Below, one piece after another: positions 1-7,348 of a stretch of 64,000 nucleotides of DNA. Position numbers and translations under genes: made by a program. Below the pieces are notes generated by a model that saw only the letters and a list, made by a program, of their open reading frames with translations, was not told where the DNA came from and ran no database searches. Each line of letters begins with the position of its first letter. The first letter of the stretch is position 1. Origin of the DNA: a virus; the IMG/VR virus record IMGVR_UViG_3300020185_000014, positions 1 through 64,000 of that record; one strand, given 5' to 3'.

Positions 1-107
1 TCGTTTGCACCTAAGTCGGATAATCGTTCGATCTCGTTCCAGACATGGTCGAAACCAATAAAACGAGAATGTGGAAATGAAAACACTTTACTTCTTGTAG
101 TAACCAT
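1..107 (-). CDS. hsp20: Small heat-shock protein Hsp20/IbpA family, N-terminal part (runs off window edge)
   Basis: Hand translation from ATG at 107: MVTTRSKVFSFPHSRFIGFDHVWNEIERL, with an IbpA-type IGFD motif. AGGAGG RBS. Position downstream of regA matches marine T4-like phages. Confidence 0.8.
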   Translation of the reverse strand, partial: MVTTRSKVFSFPHSRFIGFDHVWNEIERLSDLGAN

Positions 108-112
108 TTTTG

Positions 113-134
113 CCTCCTAAGCATTTTAGCAAGG
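113..134 (-). promoter_or_regulatory. ROSE-like RNA thermometer hairpin sequestering the hsp20 Shine-Dalgarno sequence
   Basis: mRNA CCUUGCUAA-AAUGC-UUAGGAGG: the UUGCU motif pairs with the SD and leaves a bulged G. Confidence 0.7.
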
Positions 135-199
135 TTGTTGTCTATCGACCGGACAATTCCGCATCGACCCATTATATATACTATGTTTTTCTTTGAATG

Positions 200-230
200 T
201 AAAGAGATGCGCCCGTAATGGGCGCATTCT
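200..230 (-). terminator. Probable intrinsic terminator downstream of regA
   Basis: 8-bp inverted repeat ATGCGCCC/GGGCGCAT at 207-227, followed by CTCTTT on the minus strand (weak U-tract). Confidence 0.55.
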
Positions 231-241
231 TGTAAATTAGA

Positions 242-649
242 TTAAGATTTATTTCCGATGGAATACTTTGGACAAAGTTCCCATTCAGATTTTTCTTTAT
301 GTGAAATAATTTTAATTTGACGCATCGGTGCACATTCTGCAACGCGATGTGGTTCTACGATTTCGACTAATCCCCAATCGGAAAGTAGTGTGGCGATCGT
401 ATTTCTTCGAAGCGCGTCAGATTCTTCGAAGTTCGATTTTTTCCCGTCGAGCATAAACAGTTCTTTGAAGTGTACGATAAAGTACCTTCCCTGCTTATGC
501 AAAATATGACAAGACTGAAACAGTTTCTGATCCTTTCTAGATGCTACTCCGATTCGCGTTAATGTTTCGCGAACCTTCAGGAAATCGTCAGGTTCTTTAA
601 TTGTTATTTCCAGCATTTCTGCTGGAGACCATACTTGATTTTCTTCCAC
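242..649 (-). CDS. regA: Translational repressor RegA
   Basis: PDDFLKVRETLTRIGVAS...LFQSCHILHKQGRYFIVHFKELF matches T4 RegA. GTG start; follows gp62. Confidence 0.96.
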   Translation of the reverse strand: MEENQVWSPAEMLEITIKEPDDFLKVRETLTRIGVASRKDQKLFQSCHILHKQGRYFIVHFKELFMLDGKKSNFEESDALRRNTIATLLSDWGLVEIVEPHRVAECAPMRQIKIISHKEKSEWELCPKYSIGNKS

Positions 650-1019
650 CTTTAAATACCCTTTTCCTTAACTCGTCTAGTTGATCTGGTTGAAGGAGGG
701 ACAAAGATTGGCGCGCTTTTTCATTGCTATATCCATAATATTCTTTGACTACATCCATGTCACTAACCAGTTCTGGTTTCGTCCATTTAGAGAAGCGTTT
801 CCGCTTTCTCACAGTATTTAGTAGAAACTGATATTGCATAGAATTATCAAGTTGATGATGAAAGTTCATCTCGTTAGATAAAAGAACAGTGTCCTGAAAA
901 TAAGATAATTGTCTGTTTACAATAAATGCATTGTAACCTTTTTCTGCGATGTCATCCAACATAATGTTATTTTTTGTGTGGGTTATACTACCCACATATT
1001 CAAACGGATTAATTGCCAT
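597..1019 (-). CDS. gp62: Clamp loader small subunit gp62
   Basis: YNAFIVNRQLSYFQDTVLLSNEMN...RKRKRFSKW...VKEYYGYSNEKA; synteny with regA. Confidence 0.92.
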   Translation of the reverse strand: MAINPFEYVGSITHTKNNIMLDDIAEKGYNAFIVNRQLSYFQDTVLLSNEMNFHHQLDNSMQYQFLLNTVRKRKRFSKWTKPELVSDMDVVKEYYGYSNEKARQSLSLLQPDQLDELRKRVFKGGRKSSMVSSRNAGNNN

Positions 1020-1989
1020 TAAAATGTTTTACCTCTTGTTCTGTCATCTTTTGAGTTTTAAGTAATTCGCCTTTCGTGCTAATCCAACCTTTTGTCGTCG
1101 CAATGGCGTTCTTCGCCCAGCGCGGTTTTTTGATCTTGGTTTCGACATCAAGTTCGTCAACACTCTCGATTAATTCTTCTTCGCCTTCTTCTTGACCTTC
1201 CTCTCGATTACTCCTAGGAAGGGCACCAGTTTTCTTTACAACTTTAACCTTTTTTGGTTCCTCAGAAATTGCCTTCGTACTCGCTAATAATAATACAATT
1301 GCCAGCGGATCAAAAACAAATATTAGAGATAGTATAACTGATCTTACCGCGTCTGCATAGTGGTTTTTCGCATCATCGCCGTATAATAATTCGGTGATGT
1401 ATTTGACTGCCCCTATTTCTGCTTCCGCGCCTAAGACTTCTAATCTTAGGGTAGATTCAACTTCTTTTAATTTTTCAATTCTGATAGAAATATCATCGCG
1501 AGTAGATTCTAGTAGAGTACGCTGATCTGTTTGCTCTTGCCTCGCGGTCAACCCTCGAGTGATATACCCTCTTTCGATATATTCTTCGAGCGCGCCGTCA
1601 AGAGAAGATAGTTGCCTATTAATTGCGGCAACTTTATCGTCTTCATCAGTTATTTTTTCTCTGACACTTTCTAGTCTAATCTCAACACCCGACAAAATAG
1701 ATTCTTGTTGTAAGTGCGCTTTGGATAATAATCCAAATATTCCCATGCTGGTAATCAGCATTAGGATAACGACAGCACCAGTTAAGTAATACTTGAGAAA
1801 ACTTCCTATTTCATTCCACTTAATATGTAACCACGCTGAAGTGACCAGTTTGCCTACTTCTAACGCAGCGCCCATGATTACGATTGCCCAGAAGGCACCA
1901 GAAAAAATAGTGGATAACCCAAGTATCGAAAAAAATGCTGCGACGGACGCAATCATTAACGATGTTAAAAACGCGATTCTATTTGCCAT
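1009..1989 (-). CDS. Hypothetical membrane protein (3 N-terminal TM helices, coiled coil, 1 further TM, charged tail)
   Basis: Hydrophobic segments at about aa 5-90 and 216-237, with a heptad-rich middle. Confidence 0.75.
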   Translation of the reverse strand: MANRIAFLTSLMIASVAAFFSILGLSTIFSGAFWAIVIMGAALEVGKLVTSAWLHIKWNEIGSFLKYYLTGAVVILMLITSMGIFGLLSKAHLQQESILSGVEIRLESVREKITDEDDKVAAINRQLSSLDGALEEYIERGYITRGLTARQEQTDQRTLLESTRDDISIRIEKLKEVESTLRLEVLGAEAEIGAVKYITELLYGDDAKNHYADAVRSVILSLIFVFDPLAIVLLLASTKAISEEPKKVKVVKKTGALPRSNREEGQEEGEEELIESVDELDVETKIKKPRWAKNAIATTKGWISTKGELLKTQKMTEQEVKHFNGN

Positions 1990-1996
1990 GTGTTCC

Positions 1997-2935
1997 TCAC
2001 TTCATGTCTACCTGCCCCATTATTTCAGTCATACACGCGACTGTATTCAGTTCGTGATCTGCAACAAAGGCATGTTTATATTGATATTCTGCTAAGATAG
2101 TAACCAAAAGCGGAACACTGTGATCTTGAATTTTATCCAGCATTCGATCGTAGATTCCGCGAAAAATAGCAGTTGCATCTATATCTATATTATTTACAAT
2201 CCAGGAACGCATCTTTTTGAAGTTTTTATCTTTGAGCGCATCAAACAATCCATCAAAAGAGTCGCCGTCAGCAGACTGCGAACTAGAGTCGAGCAGCACG
2301 CCGCCGACACTTCTTCGTTGACATTCATTAATCACTCTTCTCCAATCCGGAGCATGCTTCATGATTAATTTAGCGACGGTTTCTTTTTTGTATTCGATGC
2401 CTTCTTCATCAAGAATAAACATCATACGTTCAAGGAATTGACCACATAAGTCAGCAAGGTCTTTCTTGGTGGTATTGAATTCATTTACACCACAACGAGA
2501 ATGTAGCGGTTCAATGATTCGGTTCTTAAAATTACAGGTCAAAATGAACCGACAATTAGAAGAAAATTCCTCAATGAACGCTCGGAGTGCCGGTTGCGTA
2601 GATTGAGGGTTGAGGTAATCTGCCTCGTCGAGGATGACGACCTTGAGGTCGCCACTCAACGAGATAGAAGATGCAAATCTTTTAATCTTACCACGAAGCG
2701 TATCAATGTTACCCTCTTCGGATCCATTGACCACGATGTAGTCATAATCAAGTTCTTTGCAAAGTGCTTTTGCGACAGTGGTCTTGCCGAGACCTGCTGT
2801 TCCAGTTAACAACATGTTCGGCAATTCACCTTTGTCGACATACTTCTGGAATATCTCTTTGAGAGTACCAGGTAAAATTGTATCGCTAATCTTTTGTGGG
2901 CGGTATTTCTCCACCCATAAAAAAGAGTTACTCAT
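1997..2935 (-). CDS. gp44: Clamp loader large subunit gp44 (AAA+, RFC-like)
   Basis: LWVEKYRP, Walker A GTAGLGKTT, Walker B ILDEADYL, SRC motif. Confidence 0.97.
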   Translation of the reverse strand: MSNSFLWVEKYRPQKISDTILPGTLKEIFQKYVDKGELPNMLLTGTAGLGKTTVAKALCKELDYDYIVVNGSEEGNIDTLRGKIKRFASSISLSGDLKVVILDEADYLNPQSTQPALRAFIEEFSSNCRFILTCNFKNRIIEPLHSRCGVNEFNTTKKDLADLCGQFLERMMFILDEEGIEYKKETVAKLIMKHAPDWRRVINECQRRSVGGVLLDSSSQSADGDSFDGLFDALKDKNFKKMRSWIVNNIDIDATAIFRGIYDRMLDKIQDHSVPLLVTILAEYQYKHAFVADHELNTVACMTEIMGQVDMK

Positions 2936-2995
2936 ATTAATCTCCGAATCAAAAACAACAATAATAATATAGAAAGGGGTGGAGATTAAATATTA

Positions 2996-3202
2996 TTAAC
3001 TCTCCTCAGATTGAGATTCAATTAGTTGAAGCAATGCAATGCTTTGGTCGCGTAACTGACCGATGGTTGCGAGTTCTTCGCCGCGGAAACCGCCACGACC
3101 TGCAACTGTATCAATTACAGCAACTGTACTTCGACAAACTCGGTTTGCCAGTTCAACTACTTCACTATTTGCTTCTTGCTTTGGTGCTTGTGTCTTAGCC
3201 AT
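2996..3202 (-). CDS. Small hypothetical protein between gp45 and gp44
   Basis: 68-aa ORF with GGAG RBS, co-oriented, IDTVAGRGGFRGEEL motif. Confidence 0.75.
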   Translation of the reverse strand: MAKTQAPKQEANSEVVELANRVCRSTVAVIDTVAGRGGFRGEELATIGQLRDQSIALLQLIESQSEES

Positions 3203-3204
3203 CG

Positions 3205-3882
3205 TTATTCTCCGTATCTACTAGACTTTTCAAGGGCGACCCAATAAGATAGGTCCATTTCTTTGTTAACAAATTGTGAGATAAGTTTTGAAGAAATATT
3301 AACATCATAATCACCGTCAATCATTTTAAGATTGCGGATGTCATAAATGAAATCAAATTGCTCATCTTCAAATTCACCATCTACATCGATTGAAAAAGCA
3401 TTCGACGTTCTGTCGTTGACGTCCAAGACAGAAATAGATAGTACATTATCTCTTGAGGAGACAGACATCTCCGTGTGTCCTAATACAGATGATGCTCGTT
3501 TTACACGCGAAAGAGTTTCACGGTCCAAAACAAAACTAACTTCTGCCTTCGGCATTTCTATGCCCTTCTTATTGGGTTTGGTTAGGTTTTCAATGTCCGA
3601 GTAAAAATACTTGGTTCTTGAACGACCCGTACCGTCACCAACAATGACATAGGATTCTTCGAACTTCAAACGAGGACTATCGACTAGAGATAGCACGCTT
3701 AGAAATTCATTGAGATCGTAGATCCCAAACGTTTGTGGGAATTCAACATCGAGTACCGATGTGCTCAACAGGTTCTTTGCTTCAGACACAGTCTGAACCA
3801 CGTTTCCCTCATTAATTACAACATTCTGATTAATAGAAGCAAAGTTCTTAAGAACCTGCAATGTGTTGTCGCTAATTTCCAT
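3205..3882 (-). CDS. gp45: DNA polymerase sliding clamp gp45
   Basis: TLQVLKNFASINQ...FGIYDLNEFLSVLSL...YWVALE; synteny. Confidence 0.96.
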   Translation of the reverse strand: MEISDNTLQVLKNFASINQNVVINEGNVVQTVSEAKNLLSTSVLDVEFPQTFGIYDLNEFLSVLSLVDSPRLKFEESYVIVGDGTGRSRTKYFYSDIENLTKPNKKGIEMPKAEVSFVLDRETLSRVKRASSVLGHTEMSVSSRDNVLSISVLDVNDRTSNAFSIDVDGEFEDEQFDFIYDIRNLKMIDGDYDVNISSKLISQFVNKEMDLSYWVALEKSSRYGE

Positions 3883-3908
3883 AATTTATTCCTTTATCGT
3901 AGATATAT

Positions 3909-3937
3909 ATCTTACTTTTATTTTCGCTCAATGTCAA
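3909..3937 (-). promoter_or_regulatory. Sigma70-type promoter for gp45
   Basis: TTGACA-N17-TAAGAT on the minus strand, just upstream of the gp45 RBS. Confidence 0.7.
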
Positions 3938-4344
3938 GAGAAAAACTGGTCTAACAAATTTTTGTTTTGCTTTGGATGCGGTTTCTTTTTGGTTGGAGTT
4001 TTGACTATTGATAGTTCTCCAAAATCTAAAAGGTTTGTTTGCTCTTCGACGGGACGGTTTCGTTTGAGATATGCTCGCTTTGCAGATGCAATACTTCCAT
4101 TATATTGTTTATAACATGTAGCGCATAACTCTCGAAGATCGTCAGCATGCGATGTATATCCCCGTTTTACTTTAGATTTTTTATAGAAGGCTGTTATGGA
4201 AAAACGTTTACCGCATCCCCAGAGGCACAATTTTGTGTGCATTGTGTTATACCCAAACAAGGTTCTCGCATACAAACCACCTTGAGTAGTCGTCCGTGTG
4301 TGGACTCCTGGCGTTTCTTCTAACGATGTCACTTTATTAGACAT
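3934..4344 (-). CDS. Small basic Cys-containing protein (possible Zn finger), last gene of the modification cassette
   Basis: CLWGC and CATC pairs; TAATG overlap with glf; C-terminus LLDQFFS. Confidence 0.65.
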   Translation of the reverse strand: MSNKVTSLEETPGVHTRTTTQGGLYARTLFGYNTMHTKLCLWGCGKRFSITAFYKKSKVKRGYTSHADDLRELCATCYKQYNGSIASAKRAYLKRNRPVEEQTNLLDFGELSIVKTPTKKKPHPKQNKNLLDQFFS

Positions 4345-5360
4345 TACAATATTTCCTTTAAATATTTTTTTGATCCCGCTAATGATTGGTTAATTACTTG
4401 GTGCATATCCAGATACTGATAAGTCCCGCAACGACCGATAAAGGTCATGCGCTTGTTATCAATTTCTGTATATTTGTTATAAATCGCAGAGCTTAATCCG
4501 TCAGTAGTTTTGACAGGATAGTACCGCTCTTTCTGATTTGTTTTGTAATCACAGGGCCACTCATAGGTCAACGTTGTGAATCCTGGATTGTTTCCGTGAT
4601 TAGGAAAATTCTTCCACTCGGTGACCCTGGTCGGACCCTCCCATGTGGTGAAATTGGTAGTCGCCGTTTTAAATACATTCTTCTGGGGCAGCGTTACCGT
4701 TTGAAACTTGATTGATCTATACGGTAACTCGCCAAATATAAAATGATAATACTCGTCGATAGGCATGCTGTTAAAAGTATGCGTATATTCTTTTTCCATA
4801 TCATAAGAAAACGGTGTTTTAAGGCGAACAGAGATGTTCTCGTGATCTAAGATATTATCAATCAAAACGGTATAACCATCCTTCGGCATCTTCTGTATAG
4901 TGTCGTCGGGAAAATAATATTCATTGTAATCATCACGAACAGGAACGCGCTCTAATATTTTCGGATTTAGTTCTTCCAGAGAAATCCCCCACATTTTCTT
5001 TGTATACGGTTTAAAGAATATGTCGGCAACGTTCTCTTCTCCCACGAGCATCGATGTTTCTTTGTTTACTGGCAGAGTATAATATTCCCCATCGGTATGC
5101 AACGCTAAGACTTTATGCTTGTAATCGACCCACTCGGTATACTGAGACAACCACTTAAACACTCTTTCGTTACTGGTGTGAAAAATATGCGGTCCATATT
5201 TATGAACCCTGATATTATCTTCATTAAGATAATCAAACGCATTACCGGCGGTATGGTCCCGCGAATCAATCACGTCAACTCTTGCCCCTGCTTCAGCAAG
5301 TTCTCGAGCATAGACTGCGCCAGCAAACCCAGCGCCGACAACCAGATACTTCCTATCCAT
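4344..5360 (-). CDS. glf: UDP-galactopyranose mutase
   Basis: FAD motif VVGAGFAG, HKYGPHIFHT, RYYPV, FIGRCGTYQYLDMHQVI. Confidence 0.93.
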   Translation of the reverse strand: MDRKYLVVGAGFAGAVYARELAEAGARVDVIDSRDHTAGNAFDYLNEDNIRVHKYGPHIFHTSNERVFKWLSQYTEWVDYKHKVLALHTDGEYYTLPVNKETSMLVGEENVADIFFKPYTKKMWGISLEELNPKILERVPVRDDYNEYYFPDDTIQKMPKDGYTVLIDNILDHENISVRLKTPFSYDMEKEYTHTFNSMPIDEYYHFIFGELPYRSIKFQTVTLPQKNVFKTATTNFTTWEGPTRVTEWKNFPNHGNNPGFTTLTYEWPCDYKTNQKERYYPVKTTDGLSSAIYNKYTEIDNKRMTFIGRCGTYQYLDMHQVINQSLAGSKKYLKEIL

Positions 5361-6381
5361 TCAAATAGTCCTCAACTTGTTTGATTGTTATTTGTTTATT
5401 CATAGGTTGAGATTCATAATACGCTATTTTTTGCTCGAAAGCAAGTTTTTCTAACTGACCTTCCGAAAGTTGTTCAATTTTCTTACAAGTCAAACCAATA
5501 TAAGGTTCGCCGAATATTGATGCTTCTTTATCATCGCAGATTAAAATTGACTCACAATCAGCAACTTGTTGCGGTCTCGCACGCCACCAACCAGAACCAG
5601 CATGCCAGTATCCTGCCATTAGAATACCCCATTGCTCATTGAAGGTCGTTACCATATCTTCTTCCGATAATCGAACTTGTTTTTTATTTTTAGATCCATA
5701 TTGTTTGATCTCCCACTTTGCTTCTGCGGTGATTCGGTTAAACCACTTCTCGGTCTCGGACTGAATCAATCCAGCAAAGTTAAAGATCTTTGCTTTATCG
5801 TCATCAAACAATGTTGTTCTAGGTTTGCGGTGTAGCGTGAACGGCGGCGGAAACCAAGAATGGATTTTATCGTTATCCCAATCAGAAAATAACATTTTAA
5901 AATCGCCACCCAAATGCGCAGGTAATGTGATAGGTCGATCCATGTTTGCTATCATGGTAAATGCTTTTTTGAAATCCGCTTTCCACTCTGGGCGAAGTTC
6001 TTTTTCAGCAACAACATTATTGACGTAATAATCGTTCGTGACCGAATCGACGACTTTGTCAATATTGTTTTTCCATGTATTAATGTTCTTGGGAGATTGC
6101 CAATCTTCAATAGCAAAAAGAACATCGTCGCGTTGAGCGATAGTCCAAAGCGCGCTGTAGATATGCGTGTTAAATGGAGATATGTGCATTAGAAACACAA
6201 CCACCTTATCATAAACAGATAAGTCCTCGCCGATCCTAACAGGTCTCTGTTCTACTTCATGCCCCATAGACTCAAGGCATTCGACTAGACTGAAATGGGC
6301 AGTACATAAACCGATCTGAGAAGACTTATGAAAATTCTTCGTACAAGCGGCGCGTGTGAACCCTGTGATTAATACTTTCAT
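5353..6381 (-). CDS. Probable glycosyltransferase (GT-B fold, candidate DNA glycosyltransferase)
   Basis: Rossmann-like start MKVLITG...LESMGHEV. A second beta/alpha domain (FNFAGL, IKQYG, WGILM...WWRAR) gives a size and layout like T4 beta-glucosyltransferase. Lies between sugar-nucleotide genes. Family is inferred. Confidence 0.62.
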   Translation of the reverse strand: MKVLITGFTRAACTKNFHKSSQIGLCTAHFSLVECLESMGHEVEQRPVRIGEDLSVYDKVVVFLMHISPFNTHIYSALWTIAQRDDVLFAIEDWQSPKNINTWKNNIDKVVDSVTNDYYVNNVVAEKELRPEWKADFKKAFTMIANMDRPITLPAHLGGDFKMLFSDWDNDKIHSWFPPPFTLHRKPRTTLFDDDKAKIFNFAGLIQSETEKWFNRITAEAKWEIKQYGSKNKKQVRLSEEDMVTTFNEQWGILMAGYWHAGSGWWRARPQQVADCESILICDDKEASIFGEPYIGLTCKKIEQLSEGQLEKLAFEQKIAYYESQPMNKQITIKQVEDYLNG

Positions 6382-6408
6382 CCGTTACCTCAATTTAATT
6401 GAAAGACT

Positions 6409-6437
6409 ATTATGACATATTATTACAAAAAAGTAAA
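6409..6437 (-). promoter_or_regulatory. Sigma70-type promoter with extended -10, upstream of the glycosyltransferase
   Basis: TTTACT-N17-CATAAT with TG just upstream of the -10; GAGG RBS downstream. Confidence 0.6.
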
Positions 6438-6457
6438 GCGGTAAGTCGTTGATTTTA

Positions 6458-7348
6458 TTATTGTTTTTGTTCTAGGATGTATTGATCCAAACACATGTCC
6501 TGGATTGTGCGCTTTAGAGTAATTCTCTCTGATAAATTAGTAACCTTACAAGAGATCGCGTCTCCTGCACGTCTAGGCGCAACCTCATAGGGCAATAGGA
6601 TGCCTGTTGCATCATAAAATGCGTTATAGACATCCCATACGGTGAAACCCTTATTAGACCCCAATTCTTCATATTCAGTATTCAAAGGTCCATTCGCGCA
6701 TGCAGACTCAATAGCATCAGCAAGATCCAAGACGTGTACATAATCTCTAACGCATGTTCCGTCTTCCGTCGGATAATCATCACCAAATATTTGTAACGTT
6801 TCCCTTCTCTTGCAAGCAACTTCTGCCATTACACGGATGAGGTGTGACGCTGGACCGAGTTGTTTGAGGTTCCCGTCTGATCCGGAAACGTTGAAGAATC
6901 TAAAGATCGTCCACTCTTTACCAAATTTATTTTTCCTAATTGCCCACTCAGCACAGGTTTTAGATAAAGCATAAGGCGAAGCGTTTTCTAAGGAAGAAGA
7001 ACTGCCCGCAAAAATAATATGTTTCGCATTAATGTGCTCGAGCACTTCCTGAGTGCCTCTGATATTGGCATCAAAATATTCAAACGGGACTTCAATCGAA
7101 GGGGCGACTAAGTTCCTTCCCGCAAGATGAACACAAACGTCAAACTCAGTTTCCATTAAATCGCGATTCGTTATTTTGCAGATATCTTCTTTATAGAAGA
7201 TGTTACAGTAATTCTCGATTTCGTTATACTCATCATAAACGCCATAAGAATCTAAACCAGTTACTTTATATCCACGAGTTCTTAATATTTTAACAACATG
7301 TGATCCGATGTAACCTGCCGCACCCGTGACTAAAACTTTTTTGCTCAT
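6458..7348 (-). CDS. galE: UDP-glucose 4-epimerase (extended SDR)
   Basis: VLVTGAAGYIG, catalytic YALSK, RFFNVSG, DGTCVRDYVHVLDLA. Start moved to ATG 7348 (TGATG overlap with the TET gene, GGAGG RBS). Confidence 0.92.
   Translation of the reverse strand: MSKKVLVTGAAGYIGSHVVKILRTRGYKVTGLDSYGVYDEYNEIENYCNIFYKEDICKITNRDLMETEFDVCVHLAGRNLVAPSIEVPFEYFDANIRGTQEVLEHINAKHIIFAGSSSSLENASPYALSKTCAEWAIRKNKFGKEWTIFRFFNVSGSDGNLKQLGPASHLIRVMAEVACKRRETLQIFGDDYPTEDGTCVRDYVHVLDLADAIESACANGPLNTEYEELGSNKGFTVWDVYNAFYDATGILLPYEVAPRRAGDAISCKVTNLSERITLKRTIQDMCLDQYILEQKQ

Noticed and set aside
4344-7348. galE and glf as a generic LPS-type auxiliary sugar island
   Set aside because: Not excluded but disfavoured: galE is coupled to a TET gene inside the replication block, and no flippase, polymerase or membrane glycosyltransferase is adjacent.
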